Shown: positions 27,096-39,518 of the stretch, piece by piece
How the letters are laid out: every line of letters begins with the position of its first letter
Numbering within the stretch: the stretch's first letter is position 1
Position numbers and translations under genes: made by a program
The notes under the pieces: generated by a model
What the model was told of the DNA's origin: nothing
The model's database searches: none
What the model saw: the letters and a program-made list of their open reading frames with translations, nothing else
NCBI RefSeq assembly: GCF_006345805.1
Contig: NC_043004.1
Coordinates: forward strand, 63,426,001 to 63,490,000
Direction of reading: 5' to 3'
Origin: Octopus sinensis
Lineage: Eukaryota
DNA: 64,000 nt

Positions 27096-27635
27096 GGTCG
27101 GACGTCGAGCCCGCAGAAACGTTAGCACGACGGGCGAAATGCGTAGGCGTATTTCGTCTGCCGTTACGTTCTGAGTTCAAATTCCGCCGAAGTCGACTTT
27201 GTCTTTCGTCCTTTCTGGGTCGATTAAATAAGTACCAGTTACGCACTGGGGTTGATATAATTGACTTAATCTGGTTGTCTGACTTTGTTTGTCCTCTCTC
27301 TGTTTAGAACCTTGTGGGTAGTAAAGAAATAGGTATTTCGTCTGCCGTTACGTTCTGAGTTCAAATTCCGCCGAGTTTAATTTTGCCCTTCATCCTTTCG
27401 GGGTCGATTAAATAAGTACCAGTTACGTACTGGGGGTCGATATAATCGACTTAATCTGTTTGTCTGTCCTTGTTTATCCTCTCTGTGTTTAGCCCCTTGT
27501 GGGTAGTAAAGAAATAGGTATTTCGTCTGCCGCTACGTTCTGAGTTCAAATTCCGCCGCAGTCGACTTTGCCTTTCATCCTTTCGGGGTCGATGAAAAAA
27601 GTACCAGGTACGCACTGGGGTTGATGTAATCGCTT
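27096..27635 (+). mobile_element. SINE family B with three tandem ~185-bp internal units
   Basis: Seen: unit starts GTATTTCGTCTGCCG at 27149, 27333 and 27518, each with the B-box-like GAGTTCAAATTCC. Confidence 0.88.
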
Positions 27636-28049
27636 GCAAAATTATATATCACCTTAAATCTGTATGGCATTATATTAGGTATATAGGAGACATAGCATCC
27701 AGTTCAACAGAACATGTAGAGCAGCAATATGCCAAGAGACAAGTAGAAGAACGATTGTGTTTAGATATTTAGAAACACTTAACAAAATTCCATTCATATT
27801 AGGGTCATTGAAACGCTAGATTGTTACTTTTGATAAATATGGCATTTGTCTACGATCATAAGAGAAGTGATGAAATGAATGTATCGGAAATACACACATT
27901 CAATTATAGCATTTGAAATAACATATTTATTTGGTACAAATAAATGCAAAAATTTGTGACAAAATATTTCGAAAGAAAGTAATTAATATACAAATTTAAA
28001 TCAAAAAGTTTATATTAGTAATCAATTATAATATGAAAAAAGCCGGGAA

Positions 28050-28425
28050 GAGGGTAGAATCGGTAGCACGCCGGGCAAAATGTTTAACGGCATTTTGTCT
28101 GACGCTACGTTCTGAGTTCAAATTCCGCCGAAGTCGACTTTGCCTTTCGTCCTTTCGGGGTCGATTAAATAAGTACCAGTTACGTTCTGGGGTCATATGT
28201 AATCGACCTAATCCGTTTGTCTGTCCTAGGTTTTTTCCTCTCTGTGTTTAACACCTTGCGGATAGTAAAGAAATAGGCATTTCCTCTGTCTTTGATTTCT
28301 GAGGTCAAATTCCGCCGTGGTTGACTTTGACAGTCATCCTTTCGGGGTCGAAAAAATAAATACCAATTAATCACTGGGTTTAATGTCATAGACTTACCCG
28401 CGAACTTACTGGCCTTGTGCCAACA
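28050..28425 (+). mobile_element. SINE family B, two-unit copy
   Basis: Seen: same head and ~185-bp unit as at 27096. Confidence 0.85.
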
Positions 28426-29098
28426 TTTGAAACCGATTATACTAAGAACCTTTATTTTCTGTTTAGAAGTAAATTATCTAATACATTGTACTGTGAATCT
28501 AACATCCAGATCAGGATTATAAACTATAATCTAGGATAACATTCAGTAATAAGTGTGAGTTGGAATAGAAAAGAAAGCTATTTTACGGACGAAATCTTAC
28601 AATACTTAGAGTAATATAAATGTAAAATGAAGAAACAAATCCACCTTATGTGACGGTAATATTCTTATATAGGGAGTATTCTTGTAAACTACGATAAGTA
28701 CAACCTCAGGTTTCACTACATATTCGAGATTTCAATATCAGAAAGAGATAGTTAACACTGAATATAGCTTTTCTTCAAGAAGCATAAGTTCTGAAATTTT
28801 GAGAAGCATTCAAGACGATTTATCAACTTCAGCGTTAAACTAATGCTATCTACCCCCGAAAGTGTGAAAGCTAAATAGCCTCATTCTGGATGTGTATCAG
28901 CCTACTTAGAATGTAACTATTTAAGAGCCGAAACACTTAAATGATTGGTGTTTCTTCAGTGAATACCTGAACTTGAGCTGTTTTGAGAGTTTCTTACCAT
29001 CACAAAATACATTAATATTCTCTCAGTTGCATTAACCATTCATGTGTTACTAATTCATTTTTTATAAAATACTTCTTTTGTAATTGCGTGAAATCTAG

Positions 29099-29272
29099 CA
29101 GTTTACCGTATATTGGGAAATATGGATGAGAAGAAGAAGCCGTGTGATGATTTCTGGTTACACTCTTGTGGCGGATATATTGAATCCCACCCTTATAAGG
29201 GAAGACCGGACTACAGAAGAGAAATGGGCGTGGAAGCAGAAATGCAGGATTCAACTGACGAATAAGTTATTC
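29099..29272 (+). CDS. M13 exon: AVYRILGNMDEKKKPCDDFWLHSCGGYIESHP...MQDSTDE*VI (in-frame TAA at 29263-29265)
   Basis: Seen: hallmark M13 N-domain motif NMD....PCDDF...CG, tAG/cAG acceptor, C|GTGTGT donor. Phase 1 to 1, joining exon 33364. Confidence 0.92.
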
Positions 29273-29364
29273 GTGTGTATTAATTTACATTATAAGTTAA
29301 CAATAAAATTTGTGGCTACTGACTGGTGATAATGCATTATACGTTATTATTCTTTCCTACGCTA

Positions 29365-29780
29365 GGCATAAGGCCCGAAATTTTGGGACAAAGGGCCAGT
29401 TGATTTTATCGGTCTGAGGATGCAACTGGTACTTAATTTATTGACCCCGAAAGGATGAAAGGTAAGGTCGACCTCAGCGAAATTTGAACTCAGAACGTAA
29501 GGACAGACGAAATAACGTTACGCGTTTCACCCGGGGTGCTAACATTTCTTATTTCTTCATTGCCCACAAGGGGCTAAACATACAGGGGACAAACAAGGAC
29601 AGACAAAGGGATTAAGGCGATTACATCGACTCCAGTGCGTAACTGGTACTTAATTTATCGACCCCGAAAGATGAAAGGCAAAATCGATCTTGGCGGAATT
29701 TGAACTCAGTACGCAACGGCAGACGAAATGCTGATAAGCATTTCTCCCAGCGCGCTAACGTTTCTGCCAGCTCGCCGCCT
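29365..29780 (-). mobile_element. SINE family B, two-unit copy
   Basis: Seen: reverse complement of the family B head GGCGGCGAGCTGGCAGAAACGTTAGC at 29780, with the repeated unit. Confidence 0.88.
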
Positions 29781-31460
29781 TGTACGTTATTATTATAACG
29801 GTTCTGTGTTCATTGAAAATATACAGTCGATGGATTATTTCACCTCAGCTTGTCTATGTAATTATAAAATTTTCCATTAGCATCCAGGTCTAAATTTTAT
29901 TCTTCGTCAGGACAGAAATGATATATGAACTGATATACACAGAAGGAACCTTGTACTGAATGTGATCTGAAAGCTTGAATCCCAACAGCTATACCAGTAT
30001 ACCCATGAGAATACTCTGAATACTCTGAATACGCCGTCAATTCCAGGCTTAGGACAATTAAAAGCATCATTGATAGTTTGTAAATTGTTTCTGAAATATC
30101 GGTATTTATTATATGAGAGTGGATATCTTTGTATAAATAGTATTATAAAAATGAGCATAGATTTTAGAAGTGAAGTAGTCCGCAGTGAATTTTGGTTTCA
30201 TTAATTATCTATACAGTGATAGGTATTTGGTTATGTTTTTTTTAAAATCCTTTATACTATATTCTAAAATGTCTTTTCTGTAACAGATTACAAGATTTCA
30301 CAGATAATTGATTGAAAAAAATTTTATATCCTAGATATATTTCCCAACATTCCGCATTGATGCAAATTTACAAGTTGAATTGTAGCTCTATTTCTCTTTC
30401 GCTAACATTGCACGCTTTTTCTTTTATGGTGATCACATCATATGAAGGTTCTTGTGGTCACCAGATTTATGTCGTGGTTTTGAAGAATCAAGATCGCGGT
30501 GACCATACATTCAGCACATTCTCTATACAGAAATCGGAAACAGTATTTGGCAGTATTTCGTAAGTTGTATGAAGCTGCAACAATATATATTACGGTGAGC
30601 ATTCTCTTACAAAATTGACTATATTTAGCTTTATACAAATAGATAATATATAAATGTAGTATTGAGGCAATAATTGCTCAGACTCCAACACGTTCTTTAT
30701 CAAGCTTATTTAATGCAACCTACTAATATGGTTTCGCTTCTTCAATCACTTTCGAGATTTTCACTCTTTTGTCACACATTTTCCCTTTCCCTGTTTCCTC
30801 CACTGATCACCATTACAAGGTGGAACTTCTGAATGTGTCGGCAATACGAAATTACCTTTCATTTTATTCCCTGCTAGTATTTAGAATGAAATTTAGCCAT
30901 GTAGATGTTCCTAATCTTGTAGGAATTTGGAAGTACTTCGGCATTTAATACACCCTTACATGACACAAATCAACCACAAAATAGAAACATATTGCAAAAA
31001 CAAACAAAAATAACTAAAATAAACATTTCACTTCGATGCGCACCGACATCAATTTAGGGAAAAGGAGAATTAATATTCAAAAGATTTTTTTTCTGATAAC
31101 TAAAAATGAACTATTGTATTTGGGGAGAGTCATTTTCTTTTTGTGCCTTATTTTGTGCCTTACAATAATTTTAATCGTTGAAAACACACAATGTTATTTG
31201 TAGAAGCAGTATAAATCCTTGACAGAAATTATTGCTCTTATTTCTGTTAATATTATTAAAGATTGAACGTTTGTATTAATAATTTCTTGAACCAGCAATT
31301 GAAGCTCATTCTTCAAATGCATTGAATTGTAATTTCAAGTTAAATAACTCCGCATCCTAAGCTTATTTTTGATTCTAGATAACTGAAGAAATTTTAAATA
31401 AATATAGCTTATAAATTAATTAATATTGATATGAATTAACTAATTAGTGTATTTAGCGAC

Positions 31461-33180
31461 TTAGTTAGTTAGTTAGTTAATTTGGCTCAAAAGCAAATAG
31501 CAAGGCCATGTAGGGGGACATGGAGTTAAGTACAGGGTGGTGTTCATGTAAAGAGTTCAGGCCACTTGAGGTCAAGGGAGGCTTTGAACAAAGCGGTCGT
31601 CGGCATCTTCACCATCTCGTCTGGCAGCTTGTTCCACGGATCCGCAACCCGGACGGAGAAAGCTCCTCTCCTTCGATTGAGATGAAATCGTCGCAGGTAG
31701 AGCTTTTCGGAATGTCCCCGCAGCCGACGCTCTGGAGCAGGAGTGAAGAACAGCTCTTTCGAGAGGTTACACTTTCCGCTTATTATGTTGTGGGCGAGAA
31801 TGAGATCACCACGGCGGCGGCGTTTTTCAAGACAATAAAAGTTGAGCGTCCTCAGCCTTTCTTCATAGGACAACTTTTTGAGACCATGAACCATGCGGGT
31901 AGCCAGCTTCTGGACTCTTTCGAGATGCTGTATGTCTTTGAGGAGATAAGGAGAAGACGCTTGAATCCCATACTCCAATATGGGTCTCACCAGCGTGACA
32001 TAGAGTGGTAGGAATATGGCTGCTGTGAGCATTCCGAATGACCGTCGAATCAAGAACACAATTCTGCGTGCTTTGTTGGCAGCATGGACGCACTGGGCCG
32101 AAGGCGAAAAGGAGGAATCCACCAAGATACCCAGCTCCTTTACCTGATCGGTCCTCTCCAGCAGCAGACGACCCGGCTCAAAATCAAGTTGAGTTGCAGG
32201 AGGAGAGCCAACAGGCAGATGACAGCACTTTGATACGTTCAGACACAGGTCCCATTCGTTAGACCACTTCCAAATTTGGTGGAGGCATCGACGAAGATCC
32301 TCTATATCACCGCGAGGAGCGACCAGTTTGATATCGTCGGCAAATAGAAGGGTGTGTTGCGTGAGGTCGACGGGCAAGTCATTTATGAAGACTAAGAACA
32401 ATAAGGGCCCAAGCACTGAACCTTGAGGCACGCTACTGCTCGCACTGGAGACGTCGGACCGCGAACCATTAACTTGGACTTGGAAGGAGCGATCTGAGAG
32501 GAAGGCACCAACCCAACGTACAATATCCGGATGGAAACTATATGCTTGAAGCTTGACAAGTAATAGGCGGTGGTTTACCGAGTCAAAAGCTTTGGCAAAG
32601 TCCAATAAAACGATGTCAACAGTATCACTATCATCGAGGATGCGCGTCACTAATTCTTCCATTACCAGTAAGTTGGTCAAGCATGATCTCTTCGGCACGA
32701 AGCCGTGTTGGGAATCAGAGATAGAGGCTGTGTTTTGGAGGTGGAGCATCATACTTTTCTTAAGGATGGTTTCGAACATCTTGCTGATTATTGATGTAAG
32801 GGAAACCGGTCGGTAGTTAAGCGGGTCTTCGCGGCTCCCTTTCTTGAAAATTGGGCAGATTATCGCTGTTCTCCAGTCCGCAGGTATAACACCCGTCGCC
32901 AATGACATATTGAATAGACGTGTTGAGGGCTCGCAGATGACCGGAGCCAACGATTTGATAACCCGTGGGTGTATGCCGTCAGGGCCGTGACCCTTGTTGA
33001 CATCGAGGCCTTGAATAACACGTTTGACTTCGTCCCGCGTGATGACCAATCTAGGCATTGGAGGTACCGATCTATCAAATGGAGGGGGTTCACGACCATC
33101 ATCTTGTTTGAAAATAGTTGAAAAAGCCTCGGCCAATTATTAACTCTGTTGATAAGGGTCCTCAATCGATACGCCTGTAT
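31461..33180 (-). mobile_element. CR1-clade LINE, 5'-truncated, with an uninterrupted 530-aa RT ORF and a (TAAC)n tail
   Basis: Seen: ORF 31544-33136 (NYRPVSLTS, DFAKAFDSV, VPQGSVLGPLLF, LFADDIKL, VRPILEY, RRRRGDL, LRGHS) and (TTAG)n at 31461-31478. GC is about 50% versus AT-rich flanks. Confidence 0.95.
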
Positions 33181-33363
33181 CACAAGTATTCACAAGTATA
33201 TGTATTACTCCACATAATAAAATGGGATGCTTCTCTATGTGTGGTCTTTATATTTCTCAATATGTACATACAGATAAATAAGTATATAAAATAAGCCATA
33301 AAACTTATCAAAGCCAGATTATATTGCCACTATGAGATACGATATTTTTGTTTTATCCAACAG

Positions 33364-33447
33364 GTTTACTTAAAGAAACAACAACGGAGTCCACCATCGA
33401 GCCAGTTAAGATGGTTAGAAAGTTCTACAGATCTTGTACGGACAAAG
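33364..33447 (+). CDS. M13 exon: (R)LLKETTTESTIEPVKMVRKFYRSCTDK
   Basis: Seen: K...FY.SC.D motif, ccaacAG / GTGTGT splice sites. Phase 1 to 1. Confidence 0.9.
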
Positions 33448-33540
33448 GTGTGTGCCTTTCACATACATGTGAAGATGAAATAATAATAAATATACATTAT
33501 TTTACAATTGACGATATTTGTCCTCATCTTGTTTGTTGTT

Positions 33541-33586
33541 AACACAACGTTTCGGCTGATATACCCTGCAGCCTTCATCAGGTGTC
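33541..33586 (-). ncRNA. Minimal type I hammerhead ribozyme motif in a short repeat
   Basis: Seen on the minus strand: GACAC CTGATGA a GGCTG-loop-CAGCC GAA A CG T T GTGTT, with palindromic ACGT helix III. Confidence 0.72.
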
Positions 33587-34030
33587 TTGGGGGAAATTTC
33601 GAATCTGGGTTCTCATTCCTAAGGTATTTTTCGATGTTATTATTATATTTTTTTTTTTAATATTCAAGCTCTTTAGGTTAGTAGCCTGTGCTCTTAACCA
33701 CTACGCCATATGCCCATGGGCATTAAATATAAAACTGTATTATTAAATATAGAACTATATTATTAGATTTTGATTCTCACGAAGACATGATATATGCAAA
33801 ATGGTATAAAGAAGTATCAACACCTAAATATAGCATCAACATTTATAAAATGTATATATACTTGGATATTTTGCTAGATTACGTTAATGTGTTTCCCGTC
33901 CTCGAAACTTAATTTGAGTTACGTTCATATTGATTCGAGAGAGACATTCAAATAAAAAATTTACGGAATTTTTATTTGTTATTTTGTGGAAGTAATGATT
34001 GTAAAAAATGATTTGTATATTCTATTTCAG

Positions 34031-34227
34031 TGACAATAGAGAAAACTATGAAAAGTTTTATGTACGGACTATCGGAGAAACTTGGAGGTGTCCCGATAAT
34101 TACAGGAAATAAATATTCAAGTGACCACGCTACAACTTTGCGAACTCTTATTAGTGTGACTGGTGAACTGCCTTGGTTGCAATATTATATTTTGGACGAC
34201 CCAAAGAGTAATCATACAATAATCAGA
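34031..34227 (+). CDS. M13 exon: (V)TIEKTMKSFMYGLSEKLGGVPII...YILDDPKSNHTIIR
   Basis: Seen: GGxP and D.k.....ii motifs, tatttcAG / GTAAGT splice sites. Phase 1 to 0. Confidence 0.9.
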
Positions 34228-34307
34228 GTAAGTTACGTTGTTGTAATCAGTCAATGGTCTAATTTGGGGATTTTAATATGTGTGATTATTTGAAAATAAT
34301 AATAATG

Positions 34308-34330
34308 CAAATATTAATATAATAATAATA

Positions 34331-34406
<76 letters not shown>

Positions 34407-34412
34407 TAGTAA
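34308..34412. repeat. (AAT)n microsatellite
   Basis: Seen directly. Confidence 0.97.
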
Positions 34413-35491
34413 TGATAATTGTGAATTTTAGAACATTAATATCTTCAATGTTCTGTGAAAATATGAAACTATTACCCCCTCCTTTCTGTCCTTTCTTTTC
34501 TCCCAGAGTATTAAAAAATATAAACATTATTTCGTTGCAAAAACACTACAGTCTTTCTGATAGGATATACAAACGAGCATCTCTACAAAAATTAAAAAAT
34601 TTAGTATCTACAAAGTAGTCGCGGAGGAGGCCAACGTACCTTGATATTTTGAACGGAAAAGGACACGTGTCTTCTGTCAGAAAATAAGCTAAGTGAGAGT
34701 GATTAGGAGGAAGGGTTACTTAACTGGATTAGAAATATCTCGGATTAGTGAGAGTCTGAGAGTGTCTGTGACTGGGCTACAAAGGATGGTCGGAATAGAA
34801 ATCAGAGAGGTAGAATTTGAAAGCACGGCGAATGGTAGACAGGAAGAACAGGGGAGTGACAATGGGGCTGTTCAGGATGAGGAACAGGAAAGCTATACAG
34901 TGAATCCTAATATTGTGGTGGGTGGACATGCAGGAGAAATGAACCAACTAGATAATGAATAGCTTGAAATTCAAAGATGACTCCCCGAATTGATGAATGC
35001 CCCAGAAGAAAACAATCTCCAAGAATTTTTCTTTTCGATGTAGGTTTTTCGGGGGATTTTCTTTTCAATGTAGATTCAATTGCTTGAAGGTTAGAAATTC
35101 AAATACGAAACGTTTACTAATCTGGTACAGCAACACCTGGACGGATCGCGAAGCGTCTACCGAACGGTGAATGCGTCATAATTATACATAGGTTGCTATA
35201 ATAAGCTTGAACTACAAAGCCACAACGTTCACGTATCTAACACAAGGTGGTTTCTGAAGATTACAGGTAGGATAATAGTTAACACAGGAAATGGAAACAG
35301 TAGGACTTAGCCCACCAAATGAGACCCGTTACGCCTCTCTACCTTCATTACAGCCTGCACAGTGCCCACTCCAAATGTGAAGGATCTTTTTGCTCCAGCT
35401 TGTATATAAGCATCTCTTAACTTTCACCTGCCCCTCGTATCTAAGTCACAGTTAATTGATGAAGATAACTAAAAGTGTACTGGAATAAATG

Positions 35492-35528
<37 letters not shown>

Positions 35529-35653
35529 CAGCGTATTTATGTGTGCGATTGTGATTGTGTGCGTGTTGTGTATGTAATCCAAATTTAATAATGCAAGAAG
35601 CACAATAATGTTCAAGACTAATTAACTTGACATTTTTAATACTTTTTCTTTAG

Positions 35654-35776
35654 TTGCGACTGAAATTGAATTGTAATGTATATATTTTATTGCGTACCAT
35701 TACAACTATTGGTCTCATGTTTGGTTCTCCTGATCGAGTTGATAAAATTTTGAACTTCTGTCGTCAAACGTCACAA
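35654..35776 (+). CDS. Candidate M13 exon: ...VYILLRTITTIGLMFGSPDRVDKILNFCRQTSQ
   Basis: Seen: tttttctttAG / GTAAGT splice sites, 41 open codons, phase 0 to 0. Weak resemblance to the aY..m..ia.l.G....il.FE..lA helix pair. Confidence 0.5.
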
Positions 35777-36593
35777 GTAAGTCAATTGTTTCATATGTTA
35801 TTCATTTCCGCAGGCTTTATTATTGAGCGTGGTTATTTGTAATGTGTATTAATAATTGTCACAGTGGCATGTCTGAGTTTGACGAATATCATTTCATTTT
35901 CGTATATATACATTATGTGTGTGTGTGTGTGGACGAAACATTTGTCTCGTGTTTTCCGCAACGTTATGCGCTGTATTTCAGGGTTACGTCTACCTACAGT
36001 AAACCATCCGTCTTCTCCGGAATATTAGCACTCTGAACCCCTGTTAAGAAAATGTTTGGCAGCATCCTTCTGAAATGCTGTGACAGCCACGGTTACTTTA
36101 TACCCACGAACGCAATTCTTCCATCCATAATCATTACCTTTATTCACTGTCCTGCTACATTTTCTTCTCTTTCCTAGGGCCACTTTAAAACAACTCTCTT
36201 TGTGCAAAGGGCTTCCGCATTCACGTTCTTTTATAGTATTACTGCTTTTTATGTTCTTTATAATCAAATATTCTATATTCTTTTCTCAACTATATAATTA
36301 ATATGGCAGCTTCCACATTTGTACCATCCTTTCCGCTGTGTATTTATCATACTTCTGTTTACTACTACACATTACTTAATTTTGCTAAAATCGTATAGAT
36401 GATATATGACTGAATGTAAAATGACACAGGAAACGTGTCAAAGCCGACAGAAAGCGTTGATGCTTCCTAGGGCTAAATAGCGGTGTTGTGATTCTCTTTA
36501 TGGGACTATCACGTTAAGTTGACAGTATACCACTGCTCTATCGTTCCACCACTGCTTATATCTCTCTGAGATATTTAGAAATTTAATTTTTTT

Positions 36594-36655
<62 letters not shown>

Positions 36656-36714
36656 TGCATGCATGTTTGTGAGTGTATGTATACAATTCATTGAAATAAC
36701 GACAGAGAATTATA

Positions 36715-37175
36715 TGTCTACACAGACATTATTATTACGATTCAAGGACTTTTGCAAAAGGGACATGAAGGCCTGCAACATCAATATTAGCAATTGGGAA
36801 GTAGTTACCAGCAACCGTGGGGATTGGCGACGTACCGTAAAAGAGGGAACACAAAGCAGTGACAGAGAGAGAGAGGGAAAATGGAAAGACAAGAAAAGAC
36901 GTCAACAAGAAACTGACATTACAACCAGCCAGGTTCCATGTTGATAAAAATTTAAAGCAGTTTTACGATGATCTCGCACAGTTATTGGGAAAAGTACCAA
37001 TTTCTGACATGCTGGGCATATTGGGAGATTTCAATGCTAAGAGTTGGAAAGGGCTATGTTTCATGGCCTGTTTTTGATCGATATGTGATTAGAATATGTA
37101 ATATAAATGAAGTTGCTCTTTTGACGTTTTGTACTGAGAATAATCTGGTTGTCACCAACACTCTGTTTAAACAGA
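36715..37175 (+). mobile_element. RTE-clade LINE relics (ORF C-terminus, then APE fragment)
   Basis: Seen: LRFKDFCKRDMKACNI...WEVVTSNRGDWR and FYDDL...ILGDFNAK...LLTFCTENNLVVTNTLF. Confidence 0.8.
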
Positions 37176-37348
37176 GTCATAAAATAGGGTGCGTAGACGC
37201 AATATGTATTAAGAAAATTGATGTCAATGGTTAGAACTTTAAAACTTATGGTCTCCGTTTTCATTAACGTAATTAAACTTTAGTCGCTACAAAGATGTAT
37301 GTAAATTTGTTTTTTCTTATCTTAATTTTCGTTTTCGATTTTATTAAG

Positions 37349-37463
37349 GGATTTTATAAACATCGCTTTTCTTCAACTATTACAAGAATTCTATGGAATG
37401 ATACCAACTATTGGAATGTACTTAGCGGATTCAATTTCTAACCTGGGAATTGCACCCAATTAT
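37349..37463 (+). CDS. M13 exon: DFINIAFLQLLQEFYGMIPTIGMYLADSISNLGIAPNY
   Basis: Seen: ttattaAG / GTAAGT splice sites. Phase 2 to 0 and a D..N start match the (R)|DLQN exon of MME. Confidence 0.65.
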
Positions 37464-38439
37464 GTAAGTTCATTTAGTTTTCATTTATCTTCACTTTATC
37501 AGATACCAATAAGAGTGGGTGGATAAGAAGTTTGCTTCACAATCATACGGTTCCGGGTACTAGTTGACTGCATGACAAATTGAGCAAGCTGCTTTCTATC
37601 ATAACACTGATAAAGGAAATAAGTTGCATAGACGTTTGCGCACCCCAGTATATGAGTGAATACACGTGTGTATGTGTGTGTGAAGGAATATGAAAGATAT
37701 ATATTAAGTGTAGAACAAGAGTTATTGTAGGAGTCGGCATCGAAGTTAATTGGTGCATGTCCAAACAATTCAGAACTCAATCCGGACTCCTGCTATCTAC
37801 ATTTTCGAAACTGGATCTTGAGGAAAATCGAAATATCACTGTTCTAATAGTTCTAAGCATCTCATCGGTTCTAGGTTTTAGGGAAAGTAAAATGCAATCC
37901 AAATAATGAGAACGAATTTAGCACAACATCATTTTCACTTATAATTGTTCCAGTATCACTCACTTTCAACTCTCGCACGTAAACAATTTCATGTGAGAAT
38001 TTTCTTAATTTATGAGGTTGACTACATTTGAGATGTATTTATTAGACTTACATAGAAAATCCCCCTCACAATGTGCGGCAGTTAAGTATCTAACGTTGCT
38101 TATATATGAGAAAACAATTAGTAAATAAACTCGCAAAATTTAAAATTCATATTATTATTTATGAAATGATTAGATTTTGAACCCACAAATCTAAATGATT
38201 GTTACACCATTCTGTTAATCAAACAGTCGACAATTTCCTTAAGTTGCTATCTAAGTGAATAATAGTAAAGAAGATGTGACATTGAACACGAGCATGTTTA
38301 TTATTGGTGTAATAATCCTCCTGGAAGTGAAGGGGACCCGTTGCGAAAATTAATCTTCTACCAATGTGGATTTGCTCATCGACACAATTCATAAAATCCC
38401 TAACTTTATTCAAATCTGCTTATATTTGTTAGGTATTTT

Positions 38440-38535
38440 GGCACAAGTCCAGCAATTTCAGGGGAGGGATTAAGTCGACTACATCGATACCAGTCTTCAA
38501 CTCGAATTCATTTGATCGAACCCGAAAGGCTGGAG
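38440..38535 (-). mobile_element. SINE family B 3' fragment
   Basis: Seen: AAGTCGACTACATCGA..CAGT...GATCGAACCCGAAAGG matches the family B body. Confidence 0.65.
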
Positions 38536-38583
38536 GGCGCGCAGACACAATTGATGGGCCTCATAGCCCAGAGAAAGGACGTC

Positions 38584-38668
38584 TAGAGAGAGAGAGAGGG
38601 GGAGAGAGAGGGAGAGAGAGAGGGGAGAGAGGGAGAGAGAGAGGGGGAGAGAGAGAGAGAGAGAGAGA
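38584..38668. repeat. (GA)n microsatellite, imperfect
   Basis: Seen directly. Confidence 0.93.
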
Positions 38669-38989
38669 CGGAGTGATCTTTCGTACCAGCAACTTTCAAG
38701 TGCCAGGAACATTGGTGTTTCTGCAAATGATTATTGAAATATATAAAATCATTAGGGATAGCTTCCCTGAAGACGTACGCGCCTCTAATGTAAAACCACT
38801 GGAATCCCAACAGCTCATGAAAATTGAGCTACTTTATTAGTTTCTGTGTACGCTCTAAGTAGGGCGTGGCAACCACATTACTTCAGACATATCAAGGCTT
38901 TCCTTAGGACGTCTCACTTTTTACTTCTAGGTGGCGATTGGAACGCCATCTTAAATATGCACCTGAATAGTGCGAGAATAGCCTAAAGG

Positions 38990-39175
38990 AGGGGCAAAAT
39001 CTTCACACATTTGCTCAGTTGCTCAGTATGGAATGCGCTTGATGGTTGTCGCAATGTTGAGACCTTTGTTTAGAACTGCCTCTTCAAATTTTTCCAGATC
39101 TCGTCTCTATATGTTAATCATTGCTTTCACAAGTGGGTGACGAAATTCGGTTTTCCTCGGTCGTCCAATGTAAAT
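38990..39175 (-). mobile_element. Possible Tc1/mariner N-terminal (HTH) relic
   Basis: Seen: GRPRKT...R...E....KGLNIATTIKR resembles the Tc1 GRPRK..vS.sTI.R motif. Very decayed. Confidence 0.4.
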
Positions 39176-39386
39176 AATGTAAATTATGTACAGAATTCTT
39201 CATCTCCAAAATATAGAACAGTATCATTACTCCATATTTTCAAATTATTTTCACTTTACGTAATTTGCTGTTAAAATCGAATGAGTGTCTATTTTGAGGT
39301 AGAAAAATCTTGTATTTTAGGAATTTGAAATGCACGTGGGTGTTTGTTTGTATTACATCATTTTTGTTATATTATTTATGTTTTAG

Positions 39387-39518
39387 ACTCAATCAAACAG
39401 TAACTTGTCATCGATTCCGGCACAAAAGAAGACTTGTTTAGATATAGCATACCTGGCAAGTGACGTGCTTGGATGGTTGTATAGTAAAAAGTATTTCGAT
39501 AAACAGGTGCAAGAACAG
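39387..39518 (+). CDS. M13 exon: TQSNSNLSSIPAQKKTCLDIAYLASDVLGWLYSKKYFDKQVQEQ
   Basis: Seen: C........G.LY....F motif (MME WRRCAN...VGRLYVEAAF), tgttttAG / GTAATT splice sites. Phase 0 to 0. Confidence 0.88.

Noticed and set aside
27096-27635. Regularly spaced repeats resembling a CRISPR array
   Set aside because: The whole ~185-bp unit is repeated, with no unique spacers and no cas genes, and the context is eukaryotic.
27688-27771. Open stretch GDIASS...ERLCLDI* as a possible stalk exon
   Set aside because: It lacks the second Cys, and I see no usable donor before the stop.
34693-34962. ORF RVIRRKGYLTGLEISRI, possibly an R4/Dong N-terminal relic
   Set aside because: There is only one short motif, too little to call a feature.
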